Positions 27,728 through 37,976 of a stretch of 64,000 nucleotides of DNA are shown one piece after another. Both the position numbers and the translations under genes were made by a program. The DNA is from a virus. Taxonomy: Duplodnaviria > Heunggongvirae > Uroviricota > Caudoviricetes. The number at the start of each line of letters is the position of its first letter. Within the stretch, counting starts at the first letter, position 1. Where the stretch lies: IMG/VR virus record IMGVR_UViG_3300026088_000011; one strand, 5' to 3'. The notes under the pieces were generated by a model, which did not search any database, was not told the DNA's origin, and worked only from the letters and a program-made list of their open reading frames with translations.

Positions 27728-28292
27728 GTTCTACATAACTCTCATAAGTGTATTGTAATAAATATGTATGTGAATTTTGGAAATACGAGAGCTTATTTTG
27801 ACCTGTTTTAATACTATTTTCCTTCTTTTGATGAACTTCTAATTCTATAGCCTTTATAAGTTCTTCTATTGTATATTGTCCTTCATTAAGAATTTTATTC
27901 AATTTAAGCTTACAATCATCTTTTTTAGCCTTTAAACTCCTTGTACCAGGAAAATGTCTCCCTTTATAGTCAAATGTATCACTGGAAGGAAAGGCAGCCC
28001 ACCATGATTGAAAAGGTTCTTCAGAAGGTTTTTTCTTAACTATCTTTTTATTCTCTTTTATAGAGAGGAAAGAAATTAGTTCTTTCCCCTCCTTAGTCAA
28101 ATTATGATTATCTGAAATTAGTCCTTTTCTATATAAAGATTGTATAATATTACCCAATTTAGGACTGTCTTTGGAAATTTCATCTAAATCTTCTCCATTT
28201 TCAACATATTCTAAAAGATGAACAATATCAGAAGAATAACCTTTTTTATGTAATTCTATAAGCTTTTCAGATGTCACTTTCAACTCTATCAT
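27666..28292 (-). CDS. hypothetical protein
   Basis: 208-aa ORF. Confidence 0.4.
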   Translation of the reverse strand: MIELKVTSEKLIELHKKGYSSDIVHLLEYVENGEDLDEISKDSPKLGNIIQSLYRKGLISDNHNLTKEGKELISFLSIKENKKIVKKKPSEEPFQSWWAAFPSSDTFDYKGRHFPGTRSLKAKKDDCKLKLNKILNEGQYTIEELIKAIELEVHQKKENSIKTGQNKLSYFQNSHTYLLQYTYESYVELVRKGQKAEKTPENYDGVNI

Positions 28293-28461
28293 TTGAAATA
28301 ATTAATTGTTCATTGAATTTTACCTTGATCTGTGCTGGTTTTCTCTTCTTATCATATTTAATCTGCTCTTCCATCCATTCCCATTCTTCCTCTTCTTCCT
28401 TTTGAGCTTGAATATAAGCAAAATCAGTTAAGAATTCTCTTTCTTCATCAAATACTATCAT
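28267..28461 (-). CDS. hypothetical acidic protein
   Basis: 64-aa ORF. Confidence 0.3.
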   Translation of the reverse strand: MIVFDEEREFLTDFAYIQAQKEEEEEWEWMEEQIKYDKKRKPAQIKVKFNEQLIISNDRVESDI

Positions 28462-28464
28462 AAG

Positions 28465-28761
28465 TTATTTTTTAGGGTTAGGTGATGTTTCTTTTACACA
28501 TTTTTTCAATACAGTAATTCTACTTTCTATATCTTCTTCTCTCCACCAAGAACCTGCTAACCAGGAAACAGATGAAGGAATTTTTTCACCAAATTCTTTA
28601 AAGATTATACGAACTTCATCAGCACCAATATGCTCATCTTTTCTTTCATTTACAATGTTCCTTAAAGCTATACATATAAATCTTTCATAATTTCTTCCAT
28701 CTTTTACTCTTTCTATAGCTTTCTTATAATATTTACATCTTTCCTTCTTTGTTAGTTTCAT
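28465..28761 (-). CDS. hypothetical protein
   Basis: 98-aa ORF. Confidence 0.35.
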   Translation of the reverse strand: MKLTKKERCKYYKKAIERVKDGRNYERFICIALRNIVNERKDEHIGADEVRIIFKEFGEKIPSSVSWLAGSWWREEDIESRITVLKKCVKETSPNPKK

Positions 28762-29026
28762 ATTTTAGGATTGGTTTCTTCGATACATTGTTTTAGTACT
28801 TCTATTCTACTTTCTTTATCTTTTTTAGGCCACCATCCTCCTTCATTAGGAAGAGATATTATTACTTCAGGCTTCTTTTTAAACAATTCTGGAAAAAATC
28901 ATTCTAATTCTGATTCAGAAATCCAACTTTGCATTTGCCACATTAATATATTACAAATAAAGTCTCTTTCCTCATTTTCTATAGCTACTAAAGCATGTTT
29001 ATAATGCTTATTTTTTTCTTCTTGTG

Positions 29027-29281
29027 TCATGTTTTTTCAATATTTAGTCCAAAACAAAAATATAATGCTCCAAATATACCTCTAGCCTTCTTAGGTGTAC
29101 AACGTAAGGTTTTACAGATGATATTAATAGCATACTTTCTATATTCTTTATACTTATTTTCAGGAATGGTCCATTTAAATGACCATTCCTTGTCCTTTTC
29201 AGCATCTTTCATTGTTCTCCCAATAAGGGAGAGTTGATAAATAACAAGATGCTCTGCAAGATTTTCTCTTGTTATCTTCAT
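29027..29281 (-). CDS. hypothetical protein
   Basis: 84-aa ORF. Confidence 0.35.
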   Translation of the reverse strand: MKITRENLAEHLVIYQLSLIGRTMKDAEKDKEWSFKWTIPENKYKEYRKYAINIICKTLRCTPKKARGIFGALYFCFGLNIEKT

Positions 29282-29357
29282 TCTCTTTGATTTTTACTAT
29301 GTGTATATGTAGTGAGAAGAAGCATAATTAATAATATGAATATTACAGTTGCCATAA

Positions 29358-29558
29358 TTAAAATTTTAAATGTTCTGAGTAATTTAGTATATTCTTAATT
29401 TTACTCCAATTTATAGTATAATGATAAGTATCAGCTCTCCAGTATTTCCAGAATTTTAGTAATTTCTTCCTTTTATGTTTAGGAAAGAGTCTATTTATTT
29501 TTCTTCTTCTAGGTTTTGGATTTCTAGCCATAAGGTTATATTTAAAATTGGAACCCAA
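29358..29558 (-). CDS. hypothetical basic protein
   Basis: 66-aa ORF. Confidence 0.3.
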   Translation of the reverse strand: MGSNFKYNLMARNPKPRRRKINRLFPKHKRKKLLKFWKYWRADTYHYTINWSKIKNILNYSEHLKF

Positions 29559-31566
29559 GCTGGTTAATTGGTTGCTTCTTCACTGCTTTTCTTCCTTCCA
29601 GTTGGATTTTTGTTATAATCTCCTGACATTTCCCTATATAAAAATCATAATTTATATTACAATCTTCTACTTTTGTTGTTTTAGGGAGGAAATTACATAC
29701 TACACAAGAATACCCTTTTCCTTCTTCTTTTTTTTCTACAATAGATACATCAGGGGCATTTGTTGTACATTCTGGATTTTTTATTTTAAATAAAGATTCC
29801 CCTGACTCAGAAACATAATATCTAATGAGCTTTCTATATACATTAGTACCTTTTTTAGACACCCCTTCATAGTGGAAATCCTTACTACTTTTTACTCTAG
29901 AACAAAAATCGTAGATATTCTTATGATTTCTTATAGTCTCATCTATAGAGATATTGTTAGTAAAATACTGTTCTAAGGCTTTTGCTATTATTACTTTTGA
30001 TTTTTTCTCTCTTAATTCGAAATCTGTCTTAAATTCAGCTCCTTTTTTCTTAATAAAGTCTCCTTTATTATCAGCTATTTTCCTTTTGGCTATATATCCA
30101 CTAACAGATGTTTGTGCAATCCATTCAAATTCTGTATATTCTACATTTCCCAATTCTTTATTACCTATTAATTCCTCATAATAAGATATTATTTCCTTGA
30201 ATTCCTTTTCTCTAGATTTATCTATTAAAGCATCCCAGCCATCGGTATTCGCGCTTACTATATTATAATCTTTAAGAATAAGAGCTTCAATTATCATTAA
30301 TATCTCTAATTGGCACCCCATAGTTACTTTTAACATAGCACATGGATCTTGTTGCCAATCTCCTTGTGTATTAAGTCTACCATAAGCTCCTCCATTTAGG
30401 GATAATTTGCCCATTTCTTGTAGGGATTCATATTTAGGATCTTTTGTATCTTTTGCTAACTTTTTGTACTTTAACCTTCTTTCAATCTTACTTACAAGCA
30501 TATTATTCCATTCTATTCCTAAATGGGATGGGTAAATTTTATACTTTCTTATTGCATTGGGATATTGTGAACCTATATCACATTGTAGATATAATTGGTT
30601 TTCTGTAGGTTTTATATATCTAGGTTTCTCATTAGAATGTATACCTCCTCTCATTACAGTGACAGTTAAATCCTTATTAAACCTATACTTAAACTGTTGT
30701 TCTTCATTTTTAATAAATGTCTCACCTAGCTCTTTTACAAATTGTTGTAATTCTTTAGTTTGGAATTTCACTGTGTTAGGAAAAAACACTTTATACTTCT
30801 TCCCAAAGAAATTACTAACCTTTTTAGGTTTTAATTCTTTTTCATTTTTTCCTGTTAGTTTACAATAATCTAACTGATTCCACATCGCTCCTATCTTAAC
30901 ATCATCAAAATTCAAGCAATTTAAGCCTGTTTCTTCTTGTATAATAAGTCTATCTTTTATCTTGTTTTTACCTTTATATAAAGGATTATCTGTTTCTCCT
31001 ATAGTATACAAATATAACTCATAACTAGACATTATATCATTAAAACAGTAATCTTTAATTAGTTGTATTTCCTCTTTGGTTAAGTCTTTTTTTAGATGAT
31101 GTATTGGCATCTCTTCCACATTATACCAGTTTGTAGCATATTGTATTGCTTTTAAAGATACCCTTTGTACATTTTTACCCTCTCTTAATAGATGCCAGAT
31201 TAAAGGCAGATCTAATTGTTTTAAAGTTAAATCATACTCTCTATATCTGGAAAATAGCCCATAATTAGAATTATCTATATTATCATTAGATTCTTGAGAT
31301 ATTAAAGCACATATTTCTAATCCTGTTAAATCATGCCAATTTTGATAGTTTCTTAAAACCCATTCGATTATTTGACCGTCATATTTAAGATTATTATATC
31401 CTGTCCAATAGTAATCTTTATGAGTTTCAGTAAATTTAATAAACCCATCCAATGTATTTTCCCATTGATTTACTCCAAATTCATACCTTTTATCCTCTTC
31501 AGGGATATAGATTCCCACAAAGAAGCATTCTAAGAGAGCTTCTATATCCCAGATGAGTATTTTCAT
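29542..31566 (-). CDS. Family B DNA polymerase (compact, with 3'-5' exonuclease domain)
   Basis: Exo I ILIWDIEA, Exo II YNNLKYDGQII, Pol motif A CDIGSQYPNAI (DxxSLYPS), motif B KLSLNGGAYG (Kx3NSxYG), motif C region SANTDGWDAL (unusual NTDG in place of DTDS/DTDG). Confidence 0.65.
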   Translation of the reverse strand: MKILIWDIEALLECFFVGIYIPEEDKRYEFGVNQWENTLDGFIKFTETHKDYYWTGYNNLKYDGQIIEWVLRNYQNWHDLTGLEICALISQESNDNIDNSNYGLFSRYREYDLTLKQLDLPLIWHLLREGKNVQRVSLKAIQYATNWYNVEEMPIHHLKKDLTKEEIQLIKDYCFNDIMSSYELYLYTIGETDNPLYKGKNKIKDRLIIQEETGLNCLNFDDVKIGAMWNQLDYCKLTGKNEKELKPKKVSNFFGKKYKVFFPNTVKFQTKELQQFVKELGETFIKNEEQQFKYRFNKDLTVTVMRGGIHSNEKPRYIKPTENQLYLQCDIGSQYPNAIRKYKIYPSHLGIEWNNMLVSKIERRLKYKKLAKDTKDPKYESLQEMGKLSLNGGAYGRLNTQGDWQQDPCAMLKVTMGCQLEILMIIEALILKDYNIVSANTDGWDALIDKSREKEFKEIISYYEELIGNKELGNVEYTEFEWIAQTSVSGYIAKRKIADNKGDFIKKKGAEFKTDFELREKKSKVIIAKALEQYFTNNISIDETIRNHKNIYDFCSRVKSSKDFHYEGVSKKGTNVYRKLIRYYVSESGESLFKIKNPECTTNAPDVSIVEKKEEGKGYSCVVCNFLPKTTKVEDCNINYDFYIGKCQEIITKIQLEGRKAVKKQPINQLGFQF

Positions 31567-31567
31567 A

Positions 31568-31981
31568 TTATTTCTTCTTTTTAACTAATATTTTAGTCTT
31601 TTTCTTTCTTTCAGGATAGGCTTCTTCTAAAGCTTTAGCTATTTCCTTAAAGTTGTATTTCTCTGTATCATTTAAAACATCTAGAGAATTCCCATCTTCT
31701 CTCCTCTTCTGAATGTCATCATTTATTTCCTTCAGCCATGTAGGAGCATATTTTTGATAATTAGGCATATCTCCTTCTAAATATGGAATTTCTGTCTCTT
31801 CACCAGTATTTTCATCCATCTTTGTTTGATATTTCCACTTGTTTTTAGGAATAAGTATTTTACAAGCTACGCCGAGGCAACAATAACCATCTTTGTCATT
31901 TAAGGTTCCTGTTGTTTGTTTATATCTTCCTGATTTTAAGGCTTTTATCCATTTTCTGAATTGTTCTCTATTTAGTCTCAT
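31568..31981 (-). CDS. hypothetical protein
   Basis: 137-aa ORF. Confidence 0.4.
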   Translation of the reverse strand: MRLNREQFRKWIKALKSGRYKQTTGTLNDKDGYCCLGVACKILIPKNKWKYQTKMDENTGEETEIPYLEGDMPNYQKYAPTWLKEINDDIQKRREDGNSLDVLNDTEKYNFKEIAKALEEAYPERKKKTKILVKKKK

Positions 31982-31993
31982 AATTGGTTTTAT

Positions 31994-32281
31994 TTAAAAA
32001 TACAAAGTTACACTATCTTTTTGCATTACAGCTCTTTTAGGGACAAAATTAAACTCGAATCCTTGTGGGAGTTGTATTTCATTCACTTTTATATTAGCTG
32101 GTTTATATTTCCTTTTTCCTTGTACAAGATAGTATTTTTGTAAGATACACCCTACTGTCCTTCCTGACTCTTTTGAGAATATTTCCATAGCCTCCTTCTT
32201 AGTTATGTCACTTCTTTTAACCAAGTCTAACATTCTATCTGTTTCTTCTTTTGTCCAGAATTTTACTTTCATAAATTTCAT
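31994..32281 (-). CDS. hypothetical protein
   Basis: 95-aa ORF. Confidence 0.35.
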   Translation of the reverse strand: MKFMKVKFWTKEETDRMLDLVKRSDITKKEAMEIFSKESGRTVGCILQKYYLVQGKRKYKPANIKVNEIQLPQGFEFNFVPKRAVMQKDSVTLYF

Positions 32282-32283
32282 AA

Positions 32284-32841
32284 TTAGTTAATTTTAGCTA
32301 TACAACACATTGCACTACTATCGAAATAAGGAGCATAAATATACTTTCCCTTGTCTGTAGTGTATTTTGTATGCTCTACAGGGGAAATGAATCTTCTCTT
32401 GAATTCTATAATTTCATTCCTTATTTCAAAGAATCTATCTATTGTCTTATTTCCTATTAATCTCCTAGAGAAGGTCATAATGAAATTATTTTCTGTATAT
32501 TTCCTTATTTCCTCTTCCATATTCATAATAGTGCTACAATAGTCTAAATCATAAAATACTTCCTTTTTAGGAGTTTCTTCCCCTATATTTCCTAATATAA
32601 GAGAAATTGGTGTATTCTGTATCTTTGGAAGTTGTTCTACAACCACTTCTAAATCCTTCTCATACACCTTAATTTCCTTAAATTTGTGTTCCCTGCACCA
32701 ATTTATATATTCATCTATATTAGGTCCAGCAAGTCCTGTTAATTGGACATATTGGCTATAATAACCAATTAAGAAATCCCTAACCATTCTTTTCTGAGGT
32801 AAAGACCCTTCTTTTTTCACTTTCTTAAGATAATTACTCAT
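32284..32841 (-). CDS. hypothetical protein (start placed at the internal Met MSNYLKK to avoid overlap)
   Basis: ORF 32284-32943 trimmed. Confidence 0.35.
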   Translation of the reverse strand: MSNYLKKVKKEGSLPQKRMVRDFLIGYYSQYVQLTGLAGPNIDEYINWCREHKFKEIKVYEKDLEVVVEQLPKIQNTPISLILGNIGEETPKKEVFYDLDYCSTIMNMEEEIRKYTENNFIMTFSRRLIGNKTIDRFFEIRNEIIEFKRRFISPVEHTKYTTDKGKYIYAPYFDSSAMCCIAKIN

Positions 32842-33049
32842 GATAATGCCTTTTAGATTTACAATCTCCTTTATGTGTAATAGATTCAACTTTCCATCCA
32901 CCTGAAACATATGAAGATAATATAATATATTCACAGTTATCAATTACCCTAATTTCATAATCTCTACTTTCAGTATCTTTTACTTTAGGTTCTATTTCAG
33001 AACAAGATAATAGAAGTGAAAACAGTAATATTTTACATATCTGGTGCAT
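32834..33049 (-). CDS. putative small lipoprotein
   Basis: N-terminus MHQICKILLFSLLLSCSE looks like a signal peptide with a lipobox (LLSC). Confidence 0.35.
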   Translation of the reverse strand: MHQICKILLFSLLLSCSEIEPKVKDTESRDYEIRVIDNCEYIILSSYVSGGWKVESITHKGDCKSKRHYHE

Positions 33050-33230
33050 ATTTTTCTCTTTTCCAAGATTTATAGTTAGAAATAATATTCTTATCTCTCA
33101 TTTTATATCTATTAGGGTGGTTCCCATAATAAACATGAGCAGCTTCTAATAATTGTTGCTCCCAATCATATGTAGAAGTATTTTCAGATATATAATCCCA
33201 ATCCTCCATAAATTCATATATTTCATCCAT
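33033..33230 (-). CDS. hypothetical protein
   Basis: 65-aa ORF. Confidence 0.3.
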   Translation of the reverse strand: MDEIYEFMEDWDYISENTSTYDWEQQLLEAAHVYYGNHPNRYKMRDKNIISNYKSWKREKYAPDM

Positions 33231-33232
33231 AA

Positions 33233-34069
33233 TTAGTTTAATTTCGGATTATATACTAATTCATCTTGAGCTTCTAACCCCCAAGCTGTTACAATAAGAT
33301 AATATTTTATATTTTCATACATTACAGGTTGCAATACAATAGGATCTGGCACTTGTATTCTACATAATTGGAAATCCTTTACCTCCATATTTGTTGTATC
33401 AAAATCACTCATTGGAGCCGCTATTTCTAAAGAGGATTTAGCTGTATTGAGAGTAGGATAATTGCGATGTATTCCTGAGGATAAATGACAGTCTCTATTA
33501 AATATAATCATTTCTTTCTCATAGTCTATTCTTTTTTGATTAGCCGTATTGAAGCTTATGTTTTTAGGAGTATTCCTTCCTCTCCAATCTCTTTCTGCAT
33601 CCAACCATAATTCATCTTCCTCATTGATTTTAAATTTCTCCATCTCCTCAATTGCCCTATCTGGAACCATACCTTTATATCTAGTTATTCCTCCATAGAT
33701 AAGACCATATTTCATACATATTTTCTTAACACTATCCTCTGTAATGAATTTATAAGTAGGATATTTCATAGAAAAATATTCAATAGCTCTAATCAATTGC
33801 TTTTTATTATTGTTTTCTCTATTAATCTCAGCTAATCTTTCAATTTCCTTTTGAGCTACTATCATCTCTTTAGTTTGTTTGAAACCAAGATTTCTAAGCC
33901 TTTCTTGTTTTTTTAACAAATCTTCATATTGAGTTTCTGTAGATTTGCTAATTTTAGCCTCTGCTAACAATTTATCTACTTCTGTGAAAAAGGTTTCATG
34001 AATTTCCTCTATAATTTTGTTTTTAGAAACTATTATAGTTTCTGCTTTTTTCATTAGATTTTTGAACAT
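33233..34069 (-). CDS. hypothetical protein
   Basis: 278-aa ORF. Confidence 0.4.
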   Translation of the reverse strand: MFKNLMKKAETIIVSKNKIIEEIHETFFTEVDKLLAEAKISKSTETQYEDLLKKQERLRNLGFKQTKEMIVAQKEIERLAEINRENNNKKQLIRAIEYFSMKYPTYKFITEDSVKKICMKYGLIYGGITRYKGMVPDRAIEEMEKFKINEEDELWLDAERDWRGRNTPKNISFNTANQKRIDYEKEMIIFNRDCHLSSGIHRNYPTLNTAKSSLEIAAPMSDFDTTNMEVKDFQLCRIQVPDPIVLQPVMYENIKYYLIVTAWGLEAQDELVYNPKLN

Positions 34070-34074
34070 ATTAT

Positions 34075-34404
34075 TTATAATTTAATTAATTTAATCCCTT
34101 CCTGTAAGCCTTTCTCTAAAGCTAATTCCCAATTAGAATTTCCTCCTATATATCCATCTCCATGTTGATGTGATGTATTTGGAGGAAGTACAATAATACT
34201 CCATCTTGGTTTAGTAAGTCCATCATCATACCATCTAAGATACACCTTAATATTATGCTTATCTCTTAGCCATTTCTGTATCACCTCTTGAGATATTTCA
34301 GGATAATAAGTTTCACCAGAAGGTAATCTAATATAAGATTGTTCTGTAAACCTATCAAAACCCTTCTCAATAGCTAAATCTCTTGTCTCTGGAGAAATAA
34401 TCAT
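34075..34404 (-). CDS. hypothetical protein
   Basis: 109-aa ORF. Confidence 0.4.
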   Translation of the reverse strand: MIISPETRDLAIEKGFDRFTEQSYIRLPSGETYYPEISQEVIQKWLRDKHNIKVYLRWYDDGLTKPRWSIIVLPPNTSHQHGDGYIGGNSNWELALEKGLQEGIKLIKL

Positions 34405-34532
34405 AATTTAGTGTCTAAAAGGTGATAAAAGTATATATAATTCAATATAAAACAGTGTTGCTAATAGGACTAAAATGAAAAAAGCTGCAAAAGCAGCTAA
34501 TTTCAAGTATTTCTTCATTTCTTTACTAAGTT

Positions 34533-35312
34533 TCATAAGTCATTCTTTAGTGTAAGGATGAATTTGGACTTCAATTCATCAACCTCAGCCATTATTAAAC
34601 CAGATGTTTCATATACTTCTTTCCATAATTCATCCTGATTAGCTAAAGCCTCTTGGTCGCTTTTCTCTAACTTGGATTTTACATAATCACTTATGGCTTT
34701 ACATATAAATATACTTTCAATACTTTCGTCATTCTGTAGATAGAAGTGAGTAATTGCTTGTTCATAAACTAAAAGTATCTCTTTGTAGGTAATCTCTTTC
34801 CCTTCTTCGCTTGGTGATTCAACTTTACCTTCAATAATATCTCTTTCTTCTTTACTCCATCCTGTTTGGTCATCTTCCTTTACCCCATCATCTTCGATAA
34901 GGCAGGCTACTTGCTCAAATCCGTGTGGTTCATTGTAATTATCAACGTGCCCAAATTCTATTTCTTCAACTTTAAATTTCAACCCTTCAATCCTATATTC
35001 GGTGAGGTCTTTTGGTTGCCATATTTTATCCGGGTTTAACAGCCACTGATTATGCTTAATCAAGTCAATAATATCAGATTTATCCTTTTCGTGGACTTTA
35101 AAAGGATGGGCACGGGCGTAGGATACTGCATCATTGTATTCTTTAAGATAAGCTGAATACTCGTACTGTGCTTCATTAAACCACATTGAATTGGGATAGT
35201 CTTCACGCTTAGGTGGCTCTCTATCTAAACATTTATGTGGTTTGTCCGGTAACTGGTACACATACATTTCTCCTTCTTTGAAGATAGCGATGTTAGGGGT
35301 GATTATATTCAT
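34533..35312 (-). CDS. hypothetical acidic protein
   Basis: 259-aa ORF. Confidence 0.4.
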   Translation of the reverse strand: MNIITPNIAIFKEGEMYVYQLPDKPHKCLDREPPKREDYPNSMWFNEAQYEYSAYLKEYNDAVSYARAHPFKVHEKDKSDIIDLIKHNQWLLNPDKIWQPKDLTEYRIEGLKFKVEEIEFGHVDNYNEPHGFEQVACLIEDDGVKEDDQTGWSKEERDIIEGKVESPSEEGKEITYKEILLVYEQAITHFYLQNDESIESIFICKAISDYVKSKLEKSDQEALANQDELWKEVYETSGLIMAEVDELKSKFILTLKNDL

Positions 35313-35556
35313 AAAAAAAGATTTGCGATTACAATAAACATGATAATTATCCCAAAAATAAAAGCTAGGATAAGATCAACAAATTCAAATTTCTTTTTCA
35401 TTGTGTCGGTTATTATGTCTCCTGTTTTCATTTCTTGTTATTTATAATTGCAACTAATCTTTTTAAATCTTCGAGTCTGATTTCTATTTGTTCTATGATT
35501 TTTGCGATTTCATTAATAATAGGTTCTTTTCCAGTTGATGCCATTTCATTTGTGGT

Positions 35557-35910
35557 TTATTGTTTCGGTTGAAGATTAAGCCAAGTAATGAATGTTATCA
35601 CATTTTTATAAACTTGTTGAATATTTGTAGATAAGCCAACTCTTCGATAGCTCCATGCTTTCCATCCAGTAGGATCATCCAAATGTTTTGATTCTGGAAA
35701 TTCTTTTTCTTTAGCATCTCCAATTTCGTGGCATTTGATTACTACTGGCATCAGCCAATCCCATGAAGTGTGATATTTTAAATTCTTTTCAAGGATAAAC
35801 CTTGCTTCTGGTGCGCCTGCTTGTGGCATCTTTTTAACTACACTAAACCCCATAAACTCAGCAATCAATTCGTTCTTTGTTTTCATTGTTGTGTTGTTGA
35901 TCTCTTTCAT
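35557..35910 (-). CDS. hypothetical protein
   Basis: 117-aa ORF. Confidence 0.4.
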   Translation of the reverse strand: MKEINNTTMKTKNELIAEFMGFSVVKKMPQAGAPEARFILEKNLKYHTSWDWLMPVVIKCHEIGDAKEKEFPESKHLDDPTGWKAWSYRRVGLSTNIQQVYKNVITFITWLNLQPKQ

Positions 35911-36800
35911 GGGTGAGGGGGTTCAGGTAAAATGTCTTCTACATGTTTCCAAGTTTTTTTTCTAATTATGCGACATATACTATCTATACTTACATTAAAA
36001 GTCCTAGCTATATCTTTAGTTCTTTCTCCTGCAATTTTCATTTGTCTAATTTTACGAATATCGTCCTCTTTTAATTTACAAGAACCTATATCTCTTCCTT
36101 TAGCAGAACTAGATTTAGTTCCCATTTTATAATTATCATAATGAAATAATCTATGACAATTAGAACATAATAAATCACATTTTTCAACTTCCTTTAGTAT
36201 TTTTTCAATAGATTTTCCTGAAATTGCTGTAGAAATGGTAAAATCTTTTAGAGAGGGATCTCTGTGATGTAGATCATAACAAGAAAAATGGTAAGTATTA
36301 TTACATATTTTACACTTATTTCCTTTTATCTCTAGAATCTTAGTCCAAACTTCTATCCTAACTTGTCTATTTAAATGATTTTTACAATATCCTCTAGCGT
36401 CATGAGGCTTATTACACCCTTCAATTTTACAACCTCCTGTATATTTATTAGGTTTTATAGGTAAATTTAAAGGAATCCCTTTTCTTAGTCTACCATAATG
36501 AGTTTTACATAATCCTTTACTTGTCGAATATTTATTACAGTCTTTAACACTACATGGAAATTTAATAATTGATGGATCTGTAGATAATCTTTTATATCTA
36601 TCTGCGGAATAATGAGTTGTACATAATTTTCTAGAATGTTGACATCTATTACATCCTTCTACTATGCATTTTTTATATGTAAAATTTTTTCTAATAGGAA
36701 TAGTCATATCTATCCCTTTCTTATTTCTTAGATAATGAGCTGGACACATTCCTTTAGAATGGGATTTTTCTAAACATCCTTCAATAGTACATATTTTCAT
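35907..36800 (-). CDS. HNH endonuclease with four N-terminal Cys/His zinc-loop repeats and a C-terminal helix-turn-helix
   Basis: Four repeats of C.(I/V)EGC....H..G.C..HY.R..KG, then KCKICN...DLHHRDP...CDLLCSNCHRLFHY (HNH), then ...RTKDIARTFNVSIDSICRIIRKKTW (sigma-70 region-4-like HTH). Confidence 0.6.
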   Translation of the reverse strand: MKICTIEGCLEKSHSKGMCPAHYLRNKKGIDMTIPIRKNFTYKKCIVEGCNRCQHSRKLCTTHYSADRYKRLSTDPSIIKFPCSVKDCNKYSTSKGLCKTHYGRLRKGIPLNLPIKPNKYTGGCKIEGCNKPHDARGYCKNHLNRQVRIEVWTKILEIKGNKCKICNNTYHFSCYDLHHRDPSLKDFTISTAISGKSIEKILKEVEKCDLLCSNCHRLFHYDNYKMGTKSSSAKGRDIGSCKLKEDDIRKIRQMKIAGERTKDIARTFNVSIDSICRIIRKKTWKHVEDILPEPPHP

Positions 36801-36833
36801 ACTTTCCTTAAAATTCTACAAAATTAAGGAAAT

Positions 36834-37460
36834 TTATAGTAATTTACAACGATTTCTCCAGCTATTTATGAAAACCTTTTGACTACTATCTCTTTTTATA
36901 ATATTATTATAAAATATAAGTCTTCTATTATTTAGAGTTTTAAGAAAAATGTGTTTATTAGCGCGATTTATACATAAAATTGTCGAACTATCCATTGTAT
37001 TTTCTATAGGGATTCTGAATCCTAAGTCAGTTAAGCTTCTTCTAATTATACGATTTCCGACTGTTCCATTCACTCTAAAATCAAAGCAGTATGAAGCTAT
37101 ATTTTGGTCATTTAATTCATACCATCCTTCTTTAACCCATAAATCTAAATAAAAATCAAGCACCCAATGGTCTAATTCTTCTATATGAGTATTCCACTCT
37201 ATTTTACCATGTTTTCTTTTATATTCATCTAAGTATTGCCATCCAGCCCAATTTTTACAGTAATTTTTTGTAATTCCGCAATACGTCTCCCCGCCAAAAT
37301 CCAAAGGATGATCACTATAATACCCTTCGTTTTTAAGGATATAATTCAGACAAGTCCTAAAATCAGCCTTCTTTTGCATTTGTTTATCTAATTCTCTCCC
37401 TGGAGAATAGACACTAATACAGCTAAAAAGGATGAGCAATGCTATTATTATACTTTTCAT
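36834..37460 (-). CDS. GH108-type lysozyme-like peptidoglycan hydrolase (probable endolysin) with N-terminal signal or lipoprotein sequence
   Basis: ILKNEGYYSDHPLDFGGETYCGITK matches the GH108 signature (EGGY..D..D.GG.T.YGIT). N-terminus MKSIIIALLILFSCISVY is hydrophobic with an LFSC lipobox-like motif. Confidence 0.55.
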   Translation of the reverse strand: MKSIIIALLILFSCISVYSPGRELDKQMQKKADFRTCLNYILKNEGYYSDHPLDFGGETYCGITKNYCKNWAGWQYLDEYKRKHGKIEWNTHIEELDHWVLDFYLDLWVKEGWYELNDQNIASYCFDFRVNGTVGNRIIRRSLTDLGFRIPIENTMDSSTILCINRANKHIFLKTLNNRRLIFYNNIIKRDSSQKVFINSWRNRCKLL

Positions 37461-37485
37461 AGTTTTTTAAGTTTAAAATAAGAAA

Positions 37486-37530
37486 GGACAAAGGTAGGTA
37501 AAAATCTTGAATTTTGCAAATTTACCTAAT
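37486..37530 (-). terminator. Inverted repeat downstream of 37650-37964 (candidate terminator)
   Basis: TAGGTAAAaatcttgaattttgcaaaTTTACCTA, an 8-bp perfect stem. Confidence 0.3.
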
Positions 37531-37649
37531 TGTAGTAAGAATTCCCGTTACAATTACAGAATATTTCACCTTTTTCCTTAATTTAGGCTACGAATTTACG
37601 GATTACACCTATTCCATTTAGCTTTGTGAAAATGGACAATCACATTACC

Positions 37650-37964
37650 TTAACCTAAAAAAGCTTCTTTTTCAGCTTTCAAGGACTCTTGAGCCTTCTT
37701 CAAATCTTGTACTTCTGTTTGAAGTGTAACAAGAGTTTGAATATAACTAGAAAGATTTCCTTCATTTTTAGCAGCATTTACAAGCTTTTCGCGTTGTGAA
37801 TTCTGTTCAGCTTCTTTACCAAGAAGTTGTTCTTCCAAGCTATCTGCTGCTGAAGAGAAACTACGCTCAATCCTTTTTACAACAAAAGGACGTTTGATTG
37901 CTTCAATAGCACCATCAAGGATTTTTTCTAATAGAGATTGTTTTTTTTCTGACTTGTTTTCCAT
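37650..37964 (-). CDS. hypothetical coiled-coil protein
   Basis: 104 aa with heptad-like E/K/Q/L-rich sequence. Confidence 0.4.
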   Translation of the reverse strand: MENKSEKKQSLLEKILDGAIEAIKRPFVVKRIERSFSSAADSLEEQLLGKEAEQNSQREKLVNAAKNEGNLSSYIQTLVTLQTEVQDLKKAQESLKAEKEAFLG

Positions 37965-37976
37965 AATTGTTTAAAT

